A DNA stretch of 64,000 nucleotides from Eledone cirrhosa (GCA_964016885.1 CAXHJY010001189.1:95361-159360); one strand, 5' to 3'. Shown: positions 27,974 through 41,487, numbered from the stretch's first letter. Notes: generated by a model not told the origin, from the letters alone. Numbers and translations are program-made.

Positions 27974-28983
27974 GGGATTGTAACGTCCAGTTACTGTAGG
28001 TTCACCAGAGTGAGCGCTCAATGCATAGTTATATTGGTGTTGTACTAAGTAGAGTGTAATACTAATAATAATTATTATTAGTATATATATATATATGGGA
28101 GAATCATCATCATCATCACCGTTTTACGTCCGTTCTTCCACGCTAGCATGGGTTAGACGGCGAATGTTTGTGGATATTTCAGTAACAGAGTGTCCATAAC
28201 TCTATTATGAAATTCTAAAAGTGACGATTGAGATACTATTTTATTCATAAGCCCAATAATGTTTTGACAGAAGACAATCGAATTTAAAATATATCAAAAC
28301 ATTGGTGTGGCCATGCCTTGTGATAACTTGGAGTAATAATCTTATTCTCAAGTAATATGGTAAATTAGTTAAATATAAAGACCACAAGATTGAGCTGTCT
28401 AAAATTGCCTTCCAACTACTTTGATTCCTGAAACTTATAAAATATATAGCTCTAAATATAACATTTACAAAATATACGAAGATATGAATGTCTACCTTCA
28501 TTGCTTAAAATAGCTGACATACCAAAGAAGATTATAGCATTACCAGCTTAACAATAAAATAGAATTTGATTTTGCTAAAGTAATTGAAGACAACTAAATT
28601 CTTCTCTGCATGGTTCAATAATGATACTCATCTTGTAAATTATGTTTGTTTTGTTGTTCCTATCATTATTATATCTCTGAATTCAAATCCAACCAGGTTC
28701 AACTTTGCCTTTTATCCTTCATGGGTTGATAAAATAAGGTACCAGTTAAGTTTTAGGGTTAATTTAATCTACTCAATTCACCCCTGCAACGTTTCTGGTT
28801 TTGTGCCTAAGTTAGAAGCAATTCTATTATTTAATTTGGAACCAATAATTCAGCTGATAACTGAAGATATATGCTTGCAGTGTTAATAAAACTATACATA
28901 TGTTAAAAAACTGCCAAGAAAACATTGCTGACATTTGAGATGGCCACTGTACAGATGCTCTCTTAGAGTTACTCTGATCTATA

Positions 28984-29225
28984 CAGGTGTTTCATTAACG
29001 TCACTATCAACTGTACAGGTGTTTCATTAGTGTCACTATCAACTGTACAGGTGTTTCAGTAGTGTCACTATCAACTGTACAGGTGTTTCATTAGTGTCAC
29101 TATCAACTGTACAGGTGCTCTTTTGGTGTTATTGTCACCTGTGTAGGTGCTCTCTTGGTGTCACTGTCACCTGTACAGGTGTTTCATTAGTGTCACTGTC
29201 GCTTGTACAGGTGATCCCGTGGTGT
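28984..29225. repeat. 32-bp minisatellite (caggtgtttcattagtgtcactatcaactgta)
   Basis: About 7-8 copies, decaying at the edges. Confidence 0.9.
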
Positions 29226-29732
29226 TGTTTTTTGAAATTATACATAAGAACCTGCAGCTTCAGATTATGTTTTGAAGCAAAATGTGATATCAAATTAGTA
29301 AAATCAAATATTTTTGTTGTGACAATATTTTTCATTGAAATTTTTGTTGTTGTCTCCCCTGCATTTGGGTTGATTCTTGCTGAAATATACTAAAGAAATT
29401 ATATTTATGTGAAATTATATTACATTAAACTGCTGATTTTAGTGAAGCATAGAAACTGTTATGTGTGTGTGTGTACATACTACATTAATATTTATGTGTA
29501 TGTATGTCCTACACATTATTAGTTATGTAGAAAAAAAATGAAGACTAACATTGAACTATTTCTCAAACAAAATGTGACTTATGTATCCAAGTGCTATTTT
29601 TATGACATTTAAACTATTATATCTGTGATTATTTTTATGCCAATTGTGCTTAAACCTTGTTAAAGACATTGTAAGCTGCTTTGACTTGCTGTTGGAATAT
29701 ATATATATATATATTTTTTTTTTTTTGGCACC

Positions 29733-30590
29733 AGGGCAGTTGATTGGTAGCATTGTTAGAATGTTGGACAAAATGCTTTGCAGTATTTCTTCCAGCTTTT
29801 TACATTTTGAGTTCAAATCCTGCCAGGTTTAACTTTATCTTTCATACTTCTCAGGGTGGATAAAATAAATACCAGTAAATTTCTGGAGTGGATATAATTG
29901 AGTTTTCCCTCCCAAAAATTGTTGACCTTGTGCCTAAATTAGAAATCCAAAGGCAGTGGGTTGGCAGAACTGTTAGAGCATCAAACAAAATGTTTCATGA
30001 CATTTTGTTATTGTATTTGACATTCTGAGTTAAAATCCTGCTGAGGGCAACTTTGCTTTTCATCCTTCTGGGTTTGATAAAAATAAAGTACCAGTAAAAT
30101 ACTGGGTTTGATATGATGAACTTTCCCCTCCCCACAAATTGCTTGTGTTGTGCCTAAATTAGAAATTATTATTTTATTTGGTACAAAGGCAGTGGATTGG
30201 CAGTATCAGTAGAGCATTGGACAACATGTTTTGAAGCATATAGTTATGTTGGTTTATGTTCTGAGTTCAAATCCCACCTAGGTTAGCTTTGCCTGTCAAC
30301 CTTACGGGATCGATAAAATAAAATACCATTAATGCACTGGGGTTGATTTAATAGACTTTCCTCTTTCCCAAAATTGTTGGCCCTGTACCTAAATTGGAAA
30401 CCATTATTTTATTTGATAGGGCGGTGGATTGGCAGTATCGGTAGAGGGTCGGACGCCATGCTTTCCAGCATAGTTACGTTCCTTTACGATCTGAGTTGCC
30501 TTTCATCCCTACGGGGTCGATAAAATAAAGTACCAGTAATGCACTGGGTAATTGCTGGCCTTGTGCCTAACGTAGAAACAATTATTTTAT
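29733..30590 (+). mobile_element. Head-to-tail array of four Nin-domain SINEs
   Basis: Heads ggc(a/g)g(t/c)ggattggcag at about 29735, 29951, 30188 and 30420, each followed by the B-box/core and tail. Spacers are 5-25 bp. Confidence 0.85.
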
Positions 30591-33500
30591 TTGGTACTGA
30601 ATTTAGGGAGATGAGTTAGAATGTGATGGTCCTATCCACGGTTTCCTTTAAATAAATGTATGGAAGTGATATTTCATTGCCCAGCTGTTTATCTAAGAAT
30701 TAGCTTATTTCCTACAACACTGTTTTTAATAGAACATGAATTTGTTATAAATCATTTAAATTTGGTGTAACAACTTTATTGTTAATGCTGGATGGACATA
30801 GAAGAAATAAGAAAAAATACAATAAATTATTTTTCTGGTAAATTTACTATTCATTTTAATGTTAATTTTATTTAACATTTGAAGCTTGTTTTATGTTTAA
30901 ATAAATAAACAAGAAAAAACATTTTAATAGGCTCTAACCAAAAATAAGTGAATTTCAAAAATACATGAGATCAAGGATGTATTTTCATGAGATTTACTGT
31001 CAACTTAATTAGCAATTAGAAATATTAATTAATTACCTGTTACTTCAATTTAATACACAATTCAAGAAGAAAAAAAACAAAGAAAGTTCCAATGCCAATT
31101 TTAAAGTAAGATATTTTATATCTAATAACACTTCTAATAAGACATTTTATGTTTAATATAAAAAAAAATTCTCCGACTCTGATCGACATCCAGTATTATA
31201 TCTATCTAAAATAATCTGAAACACGGTGCTTCAAAAAATGTATCCTCCACAAACATAACATTTCAAAAATAGAAAAAAAAAGTGTTAAATCAATATATTT
31301 ATTTCAAGTTTTACCACTAATTTTTAATAATTATATTACTTAATTACTATATATACTGGAATATAAGACAGAATATGTGACCAAAAAATCAATGGTAGAA
31401 GATGGTCAGTTTATATTCAGGGTCAATATTTTGATGATTTTCACCAACTTCAAATTCTACGTAAATAAGGTTTGGATTTTTGCCTGTTTTTCAGGCATGA
31501 AATAGTGGGGTCAGCCTATATTCATATTGGCTTATATTTGAGTATATACAGTATGTTATGTAATTGTCTCTTCTAAAAGTGCTTGATTCATCAGTGCTAT
31601 TGGGTAGTGAATTGAAAGCATGGGTATATTGTTAGACAACATTTATTCTGGTATTTAGTGACGCCCCTTTATGTTCTGAGTTGAAATCCCATCAAGGTTG
31701 ACTTGGACTTTTATCATTTCACATTTGATTAAAGAAGAATCAATGAAATATAAGGACTGATTTAATTAACTGTATCCATTCCCCAAAAATTTGAGGCATT
31801 GTTTTTTTAATAATTAATAAAAAAAATTGTTTGAAAAGAAATGTTAAGGATAAATTATTTATAAAAACTATTGATTCCGTTTTTAAATTTTCTTAAAGTA
31901 TTTCTGGTTGCTAGCAGCAATGAAAATGTGTTGTGAATCTTTCTTGTGTGTGCATTGCCTGATTGCCTGCAAACTATTTACTCAATCAAAGGTTGTGATG
32001 AATTTTTAAAGATATTATTACTGTACTTAAAGTGGAATTATTTATTGTAAAACTATTTATTGTAAAAAAAAGAAAAGTAATGAAATAAGATAAAGCAATA
32101 TGAATTAAAAAATAAATAATAAAATAAAAATTACTTATGTTTTATTTATTTTTTACAGTGTACTTTTAATTGAATATGTTAGTTTCCTTGGCTGGTTTAC
32201 AATGCAAAAATGTTGCTAATTCACAGATATTCCAAAATTGGATGTTTTCTACAATTTAACTACCACGTTGAATGGTTTCAATTTAGCACCATTTATCCAA
32301 ACACTAATACTCAGGGATCCATATAGAGACATCAGAGCAGCAAAAAGCTGACCATCAATCCCAAACTCCTGCACATGCAGGCAGCCAACTCTGTTTCAAT
32401 AGCAGTAAGCAGGGATGTGATCTTGAGATCAAGAATGCAGGAAATCTCCACTTGACCACAAGACTATCAGAGAGTGGCAGTTTCAGAGTTTAGGCTTTTT
32501 CTTATCTTTAGTCTTTGAAAGTGAAATTCAAGTTATGTTCTGCTTTTACATATTAATATAGTTTCATATCACTGCATGAGGATAAGCAAGACTTGCTAGA
32601 AATAGCAGCCAAATCTCCCTTTTATATTGTAGCTTTCACAATATGAAAGTTTGTTCTATGATAAAATATCACAAGATAATAAAACCAAATATTTGTAATA
32701 AGTTTGAGACTGATTAAATGAGCTGTTTGTATGTCATACAATATAGACATCTGACAAGTTAAATAACAGATAAATGCTATGACAACCTATAATCAGTGTA
32801 TTGAAATAATTGTAGAGACTTGAAGGGGATTGAGAGAGAATTTTCTAATAAGATGTGATATAACATCTGAAAGACGGTCATGCTAAACAAATAAAAGGAT
32901 CCCTTTGAAAATAAAATAAATCTCTACCCAAGAAGCAAATATAGCATTTAAATAGGAAAGCATTGATCATACAACATAAACCAGGTAAAGTGCAAATACA
33001 ATTATGGAAACACCACAGCTGTTATGTTAGAATAATAGAGTCAAGGAGAAACATGACATCTGTTCTGATTCAATGGTGGTTAGGCATGCACATACATAGA
33101 TATTAAAACACACATACATGCATACCCCCATATATATCATCATCATCACCGTTGCTAGCATAGGTTAGACAAGATGTCCTGTTGTGAGCAATGCTAGGTC
33201 AGGTGACCATGTCTTGCTCATACAGAACTGATGTGTATATACATACATCACACACACATGCACACACACACACCACACAGTGAAGAATATAATATGAAAT
33301 GAAATGAGAGAAAACAACTGAACTATCAGGAATAGCCTGTTGAGATAGTAAAAATATCTGGTAAAATAGCTCATGTATTAGTTTATTCATATAGTTCAGC
33401 AGGTAGTTCAGGGGAATTGTCATAATTAATTGTTTATACTTTTAGCACAAGGCCAGCAATTATCCCAGTGCATTACTGGTACTTTATTTTATCGACCCCA

Positions 33501-33849
33501 TAAGGATGAAAGGCAAGTTAACCTCAGCGGGATTTAAACTCAGACCGCAAAGGGCCGTAACTCTATGCTGCAAAGCATGGCGTTCGACCCTCTACCAATA
33601 CTGCCAATCCACCACCAATTGTCATAATTAATGACACCTGTTTACATAAGTGGCGTGGTATTTTGGGATTCAGGAGATTGGCAGAGTATTCTCTCCACCT
33701 CGTAAGGATGCATCTCTCTTCAGAGAGAAGAACCCCAGACAAATTTCTGATTGCAGTCACGGGAAGGACTTAATGTTTACAACTGTCACACTCTATCTCA
33801 TCTTCAGGTGAGGATAAAGTCTACCTGGCTGGTATGCTCACCTGATGTA

Positions 33850-34190
33850 TAGGTGATCAAGTAATTGTCTGCTTTTTTGAAGTTTGTATTACAGATAGGT
33901 CATTAGCATCGCAGAATTCCAGAAGTCTGGAGCCTTCCTCATTTCTAGTACTGAATCCATAACCTCCATGGATCCCTTCGAAGCCATCGCAGAATTGCCC
34001 ACCATGCCCAATAAAGTCACCAGCAATGATTATGAAGTCCCTGTCGGTTATTTGGGAGGTTGTGTGCATTAGTGATTCATAGAACCTGTCTTTTAGACTG
34101 TCTGACAGTCCTGATTGAGGTGCATATGCAGATATAATCCTTACAGTTGTTTTATTTAGAACCTGTCTAAGTTTGATGATTCTATCGTTC
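33850..34190 (-). mobile_element. RTE APE endonuclease fragment, inverted relative to the adjacent RTE 3' part
   Basis: DFIIIAGDFIGHGG...GIHGGYGFSTRNEEGSRLLEFCDANDL is a classic RTE APE motif (GDFN.HVG...RN.EG..LLEFC). Confidence 0.85.
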
Positions 34191-34194
34191 TAGG

Positions 34195-35443
34195 GATAAC
34201 AGGGCACAGATCGCCTCTGGGAAATAGCCCTGCTCAGTGTGCAGAAAAGGGGTAGGTAGAAATTCCATTCTATGTACCAAATGCAAGCAATGGGTTCGCG
34301 AGATGTAATGGGATCTCAGGCAGGCTAACAAAGAATGTAGGTTTTACTTGTGGCAGGTGCACAGGAGCAATAAGTAGCAAGAACCCTCAGGATTCAACCA
34401 CCTTCAAATGTTCAGATGGCTCAGTTGAAGTGGTAGATAGTTTCCGTTACCTGGGTGACCAAATCAGTAGTGGGGGAGGGTGTTCCGAAAGCACAGTAAC
34501 CAGAGTGAGATTGGGTTGGAGAAAATTCAGGGAGCTACTACTGTTACTAACTACAAAAGCTTTTTCTCTCAAAATGAAAGGCAGACTGTATGATGCATGT
34601 ATACGAACAACAATGTTGCATGGCAGCGAGACCTGGGCACTGTGTGTGGAGGACCTGCGAAGATTGGAAAGAAATGAAGCCTCCATGCTTCGCTGGGTGT
34701 GCAATAGCAATATACATGAATGGCAAAGTATAAATATACTGCGTGAGAAATTAGGCTTAAGAGGGATCAGTTGTTGCATGCAGGAGAGGAGATTGCATTG
34801 GTATGGACATGTAATGCTCATGAAGGATGACAGCTGTATAATAAGGTGCAGAGTGCTCAAAGTTGATGGTAGCCGTGGTGTGGACAGGCCTGGGAAGACT
34901 TGGGATGAAGTAATAAAAGCTGACCTTGTACAATTACACTTCTCAAAGACAATGATTCAGGACTACAACCTCTGGCACTATGTAGTTTTATGGAAGACCC
35001 GCCTTCTATTGTTCTCGGGATGAGGCTTATACCTAGTAGGCAACACCTTCCTCAACCTGTTATCCCCTCTCATCCACCTCCCCTAGCGGTAACCATACCT
35101 CCCCTACTACCCTGTCCACATCGTTTTTCCCCCAAGCCCCTCCACCCTCCCTAGTCCCCACTGTGTTGTGTCAGTGACACAACAAAGGTGCCCAGTCCAC
35201 ACTGTAAAGAACATCCAGCCCACACAGTAAAGTGATCGTGTAGGTCTCACGACAAAAAGCACCTAGTACACACTGTCAATGTGGTTGGCATTAGGAAGGA
35301 CATCCAGCCATAGAAAACCAGCCAGAAACTCTCCTATATGAGCGAGACACGGTCACCCGACCTAACTTGCCTCTAAATGGGACAAACCCGTCTAACCCAT
35401 GCTAGCGTGGAAGATAGACGTTAATTGATGATGATGATGATGA
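34195..35443 (+). mobile_element. 5'-truncated RTE LINE (older subfamily)
   Basis: PHD remnant, then VDSFRYLG...MLHGSETW...RLHWYGHV, 3' UTR and (GAT)n tail. Confidence 0.9.
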
Positions 35444-36889
35444 CTGTTTACCCACTTTTCTGCTACCATAATCCCCCCCCCCCCGCCCATTGTCATTTTC
35501 CACCCAGAAAAAAATGTTTCTTTGCCAAGGAATGTAGCTGACATTTCCCTCCATCTAGTCTCTTATACACGGCATACATCAATTTTCTTTTGTTCAATCA
35601 TCTCTGTGATTTCTCCTGATTTCCCTTTCATTGTGCCTACATTGATGGGGCCAGCTCTAAAGTTATAAAGTTCACCGGAAGAGTGAAAGGAAGAAGATGG
35701 AGACATGAGAGGTGGAGTGGAAGATGGATTCGTGTTGGTGTTTCCATATCTGAAATAGAGAAGAGTGTTTATGTGCCCATCCAGAGATGGATGGTGTGTT
35801 CATATTCATCCTTAGGAATGATCCAGCTTTGTGCTCCATTTCCTATACAGAACAACAGTCAGTCCCATAGACAACGGTAGTAGAAGTAGTAGTAGTAATC
35901 ATGATAGATATTCAGCTAACAGTTACAAGATGTTTACACTGCTGTTTTTCGATTAGTCTAGGTGACTATGGTGGTGCATGGTGGTGGGAGGGCAAGGAAA
36001 TGGGGGATGATGCTGATAGGAGAGGAAAATATAAGGTGGCATTTAGCTGGAAGAAAAAGGCTGTCACATACCAAATGGAAGATTAAATGAATGAATGAAG
36101 TAGACTTTTATAGCCATCAGCTTCTTTACAGTTATATGAGATGGGGGAAGCAGAGTTACTTTTGTAGTAATTCCAATCTATTGTACTCAAGTCATTGAAT
36201 TCAGTCTTTGACAAATGTGTATAGTTATGTCAAATATAGATTATCAGTGCATGTTGTAACTATTGCATCTTAACTTTCAATACATTTGTCACACAATGAA
36301 GGGCCGTTAATATATAAATAATAGCAAAAAAAAGATTAATATCTAATAGCAGAAATAGGTCAAAATAGCTTATACAATTCAAGAATACAAGATAGCCAGT
36401 CTAAGAACACAGTAAGAACCCGAGGGTTGTTGTACGGTGGTAGTGCTGGTGCCATGATGAATTGAACCCAGCCCACTCTACTGTAAAGTGGTGATACTGG
36501 TACCATAGTAAAATGGCAATGCTGGTGCCTTGATAAAATATACTTAGCCCACTCTGTAAAGTAGTAGTGCTGATTCCATGATAGAATACACACAACCCAC
36601 TTTGTAAAATCGTAATGCTGGTGCCACAACAGAAAGCACCCAGTTCATCCTGTTAGGTGGTAGTGTCGATGTGACAATAAAATGTACTTAGTATATGCTG
36701 TAAAGTGGTTGACATTAGGATGGGCAAACACAATGTTTATTGTATTTGGAACAGAATTACATGGTTATATATATTTTTTTACCTTTTATTATGTTAATGA
36801 CCATGCTCAAAATGAACCCACTCAATATAACCACACTTCAAAATGGCCACACTTGAAATGGGCACACCCAAAAAGGAGTATGTAGGCAT

Positions 36890-37622
36890 ACTATATGGTA
36901 TGCACAATGCAAAGTCGGATACACAAGGTGCAATGGGATTATTGGCAGGCTAACACAGAAGGTAAACTTTGTATGTGGCAGATGCCAAGTGAGAGTAGGT
37001 AGAAAGAGCATCAGTTATATCAACTTTTTCCAATTCAAAGAAGGCTCTATAAGCATAGTTGATAACTTCTGTTACCTCGGTGACCTATTTAGCAGCGAAG
37101 GAGGTTGCAAAGAAAGCATAGTAGCTAGAATAATAGCAGGATGGAAAATGTTCAGGGTGTTACTGCCTCTGTTGGCAACAACGAAGACTGTATGATACCT
37201 GCAGGAGAAACATCATGCAGCATGGCTGTGAGTCATGGGCAGTGAATGCAGGATTATGTGAAGGCTGAAGAAAAATGAATTAAGCATGTCCTATTCGATG
37301 AGTAATATTGGTATGCATGAATGGCAAAGTATAAATCAGCTGAGAGAAAAGTTGGTTATAAGAGGTATCACATATATGCTGGTATGGTCATGTAATTAGT
37401 ACGGATTGTGATTGTTTGGTGAAGAAATGCAAAGTGCTCTTACTGGAAGGAAGCCATAGTAGAGGAAGATCAAGGAGGATGTGCTGAAAAATGATCTCAA
37501 GAAATTGAGTCTCACAAAGGGCATGACAAAGGAAAGAAAGAAGAGGAGAAATGCTGTATTGGATAGGACTTAACTACCCCATGGGAGCATAGAGAAATGA
37601 ATGTAAAAATTATGATGATGAT
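36890..37622 (+). mobile_element. Old, decayed RTE 3' fragment
   Basis: IVDNFCYLGDLFSSEGGCKESIVARIIAGWKMFR with multiple stops. Confidence 0.8.
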
Positions 37623-37734
37623 AAATGCTAGCCTTGACCCAATTAATACCTTGTGAGTGAAATTAGTAGATGGAAACTAAGGAATTCTGTCATATATATA
37701 TATATATCCATCTCTCTCTCTCTCTCTCTCTATA

Positions 37735-38376
37735 AGAGGGATCAGATGTTGTTTACTCGAGAGAAGACTACGTTGGTATGGTCACGTGATGCGCATGAAA
37801 GACGACAGCTGTATAAAAAAGTGCAGGGCAATAAAAATAGACGGTAGCCACGGAGTAGGCAGACCCAGAAAAACCTGGGACGACTTGATAAATTCCGACC
37901 TCACACACTTACACCTCTCCAAGACAATGTCACTAGACCGAGAGCTTTGGCGCTACACAGTAATAGAGAAGACCCGCCTTACCTAAGTACAAAGTGAAAC
38001 CTACTACAGTCAGTAGGCACCTCTAACAAAATCCACCCCCGTCCCACTACCCCCACACCATCCACACCACCCCCTTTCAATGTAAAGTTATGTTGGTACC
38101 ACAACATCCAGCCTGAAACAAATGAGGTCGTGTAGGTGTCACGACAAAAAAACACAGTCCACGCTGTAATGTGGCCGTGTAGGTAACACTGTAAAAACCT
38201 CCCATTTCCACACTGTAAATGTGGTTGGTTAGGAAGGGCATCCAGCCGTAGAAAACCCGCCAGACAGTCCTATGCGAGCAAGACAACCACTCTTACCCCA
38301 AGTGGGAAAACTCCCGTCCAAACCCATGCAAGCGTGGAATATGGACGTTAAACGATGATGATGATGATGATGATGA
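37735..38376 (+). mobile_element. Young RTE 3' fragment
   Basis: Near-identical to 47237-47880. Ends in (GAT)n. Confidence 0.9.
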
Positions 38377-38426
38377 TATTATCAAGAAAACGAAAAATCA
38401 GTGATGCATCTGGACTTAGTTTATTT

Positions 38427-38517
38427 CGTGTTACAAATGTTTCGCCGGCATGTAGCTCGAGTCATGGTCCTTGTATGGATCTGGCTGATTCTACTTCTGC
38501 GGGTTCTTTCAGACACG
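38427..38517 (-). ncRNA. Type I hammerhead motif (slightly degenerate)
   Basis: Minus strand: CGTGT-CTGAAAGA-[long stem II]-GAAA-CATTTG-TA-ACACG. Perfect 5-bp stem I. The core has one extra A. Confidence 0.55.
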
Positions 38518-38547
38518 GGTGTTATGTCCGGAGCAAATTTTATCACA

Positions 38548-38578
<31 letters not shown>

Positions 38579-38650
38579 TCTAAACCCTTGCTAGCGTGGA
38601 AGATAGATGTTAAACGATGATGATGATGATGATATATATATATATATATA

Positions 38651-39704
38651 CCGGGTGTAACACCAAAATTGTCACTCACAAATTCTTAAAAAATTTTAAA
38701 CCAATAAACTAATCGATTTGTAATTTTCCATGTTTCCAGATAAGACATCTGGCCATACTGACACCAGATTTTGCAAGTATCAATGAAATACCTATTGAGA
38801 TATTTAGCTAGAAAGAGAGCAGGCTGAAATCGTTTTGTGCCAGCCTCACCATGTCTTCCCAACTGAGCAATGTTGAGCGGGCTAAGATCATCCAGGCCTT
38901 CAGTAATGGTACCAACATTCATTCTATGGTTACCATCTTCAAAGTCCATTCAAGAACCATCAAGAGATTTGTGAATAAGTTTGAGAAAGAGGGAATAGTG
39001 GAGAAGAAAATTGGATCAGGAGGTCATAACCACAAGAGGGATCATTTCAATCTGGAGCTGAAGCGACCCAACTCAATCTATAAGGTACATGAGGGAGGAG
39101 TTTCAGCTATGACAGTTCAAAGAGTAGTAACAGAAGACTTGAAAACTGGGATAAGGTCAGTTGGTCCCCTTCATCACCTAATTTGAACTCATTAAGCTGA
39201 AATGAACTGGTCAGAAAAGCTTGTGAGAAGCCCCAAAGTAATCTGCAAGCCCTCAAAAGCTCCATCTGCAGGACATGGGAAAAGGACATTGATGACGAAT
39301 TCATTAAGAAAGTTTGTGGTGCAGTCAGAAAAAAGTTGAGGAAGTTATTGCCAAAAGAAGGGCAGCTATTGATGCCTAACAGGTTGGATTTGGGCCAGGA
39401 TTGTACCTGGCACTTTGGAATAAAACTTTAAGCTTCCATTCAAACTTTATTCCAATCATTTATGAGCTCCCAATCCTGAGCTATGATTAATTATTTATGA
39501 AAATGTCATTTTCGTCCATGATCAACTTCATCACAAATTCTTCTGGTTAGCTTGGAGAGTAATCAACATTTTTCTTGCTCAAAGTAGAGTCCAGTGATGT
39601 TAGAAAGCCCCCTGGCAATTCCATTAAGTTATCTTTAAGCATTTCTGAGATACAGAGGTTCAAAGTTGAATCTAAAATTTTTACAATTTTGCTAGTACAC
39701 CAGG
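38651..39704 (+). mobile_element. Internally deleted Tc1/mariner transposon
   Basis: TIRs TA|CCGGGTGTAACACCAAAATTGT ... ACAATTTTGCTAGTACACCAGG|TA. ORF 38851-39186 encodes an HTH (LSNVERAKIIQAF...FKVHSRTIKRFVNKFEKEG). C-terminal remnant LQALKSSICRTW...DDEFIKKVC. The catalytic domain is missing. Confidence 0.85.
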
Positions 39705-39718
39705 TATATACATATACA

Positions 39719-39965
39719 TTGAGCAAGACACTTTATTTCACATTGCTCCAGTTTATTCAGCTGTAGCAATGAGATAATAGGGACTGGGGTCCCTATCATT
39801 CCACTGCAATGTGGTCGTGTAGGCGCCACGGAAAAAAAAGCACCCAGCACTCACTGTAAATGAGGTTGGTGTTAGGAAGGGCATCCAGCTGTAGAAATCA
39901 AGCCAGAATCAGTTCCCGTCCCACCCTTGCAAGCAGGGAAAAGCGGATGTAAAATAAAAAAAAAA
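39719..39965 (+). mobile_element. 5'-truncated CORE-like SINE with RTE-derived tail
   Basis: ttgagcaagacactttatttcacattgctccag plus an RTE 3' segment. Inverted counterpart at 40795-41130. Confidence 0.75.
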
Positions 39966-40120
39966 ATATATATATATATATATATGCAAAAGTTCTATTT
40001 AAATTGTTGGGATACAACAAGCAAATATTTTTATAACTGATATAAAGCACTCGACAAGTATTTGGAGTAGATATACGATATTAACAAATGGAAACTATAT
40101 TTATAAAACCATATTTATTT

Positions 40121-40185
40121 TATTTCATTATACATATTTCAAGGATACCAAGTTAAATTATGGTATGCCTTCATCAGACAAAATA
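40121..40185 (-). ncRNA. Type I hammerhead motif (mirror copy of 40295-40359)
   Basis: Reverse complement of the + strand motif. Confidence 0.65.
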
Positions 40186-40294
40186 CAATACCGTTACTTT
40201 TGGAAGACATCAGGACATCCTGATGTCTTCCAAAAGTAACGGTCGCATTTTGAAAGGGTGCGTCAATGTTTATTTATAAAACTGGTATATATTG

Positions 40295-40359
40295 TATTTT
40301 GTCTGATGAAGGCATACCATAATTTAACTTGGTATCCTTGAAATATGTATAATGAAATA
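40295..40359 (+). ncRNA. Type I hammerhead motif, minimal PLE type
   Basis: Stem I TATTTTGT/ATGAAATA (two G-U pairs); CTGATGA; stem II AGGCATACCA...TGGTATCCTT; GAAA; quasi-palindromic stem III ATATGTAT; UH = TA. AATAAA overlaps the 3' side. Confidence 0.65.
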
Positions 40360-40573
40360 AATATGGTTTTATAAATATAGTTTCCATTTGTTAATATCGT
40401 ATATATATATATATATCTATTTTTTTTTTTTCATTATACATTTGCAATTCGAACATATGTATACTTATATCTGTGTTCATCCCTCTCATATATTCACTTG
40501 TATTACATGGCTTGGAAATATTCGCTTCTTTGAGCTATTTAATTGTAAAAGACTATTTCAAGTTTATAACTCA

Positions 40574-40610
<37 letters not shown>

Positions 40611-40756
40611 TTGAGTTATAAACTCGAAATAGTCTTTTACAATTAAATAGCTCAAAGAAGCGAATATTTCCAAGCCATGTAATACAAGTGAATATATGAG
40701 AGGGATGAACACAGATATAAGTATACATATGTTCGAATTGCAAATGTAAAATGAAA

Positions 40757-40790
<34 letters not shown>

Positions 40791-40794
40791 TATA

Positions 40795-41130
40795 TTTTTT
40801 ATTTTTTTATTTTACATCCGCTTTTCCCTGCTTGCAAGGGTGGGACGGGAACTGATTCTGGCTTGATTTCTACAGCTGGATGCCCTTCCTAACACCAACC
40901 TCATTTACAGTGAGTGCTGGGTGCTTTTTTGCCGTGGCACCTCCACGACCACTTTGCAGTGGAATGATATGGACCCCCAGTCCCTATCATCTCATTTCTA
41001 CAGCTGAGTAAACTGGAGCAATGTGAAATAAAGTGTCTTGCTCAAGGAAACAACACATCATTCGGTCTGAGAATTGAACTCACAACCTTTCGATTGCAAG
41101 GCTAATGCTCTAACCACTAAGCCATGTGCC
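40795..41130 (-). mobile_element. Full-length tRNA-headed CORE-like SINE with RTE tail
   Basis: Minus strand: TGGCTTAGTGGTTAGAGC (A box), GAGTTCAATTC (B box), ccttgagcaagacacttt (CORE-like), RTE 3' segment. Confidence 0.8.
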
Positions 41131-41241
41131 TCCATGTATATATATATTGTATATGTGTATACATATATATGCATGCAGACTTATGTGTACAAACAGTAGC
41201 GGACTGGCTAGGTTGCCAGGTTACCCAATGGCAAGTGGACT

Positions 41242-41487
41242 CACTGTAGTGTTACAGGGGCCCACTGTAGTATTTCAGGGTCCCACTGTAGTATTTCAGG
41301 GTCCCACTGTAGTATTTCAGGGGCCCACTGTAGTATTTCAGGGTCCCACTGTAGTATTTCAGGGGCCCACCGTAGTATTTCAGAGTCCCACTGTAGTATT
41401 TCAGGGTCCCACTGTAGTATTTCAGGGGCCCACTGTAGTATTTCAGGGTCCCACTGTAGTATGTCAGGGTCCCACCGTAGTATTTCA
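41242..41487. repeat. 21-bp minisatellite (cagggtcccactgtagtattt)
   Basis: About 11-12 copies. Explains the periodic ORFs 41126-41654. Confidence 0.95.

Noticed and set aside
28984-29225. 32-bp repeat as a CRISPR array
   Set aside because: No spacers and no cas genes.
41060-41130. tRNA gene
   Set aside because: A/B boxes continue into a SINE body and no complete acceptor stem is evident. The same applies to the other SINE heads.
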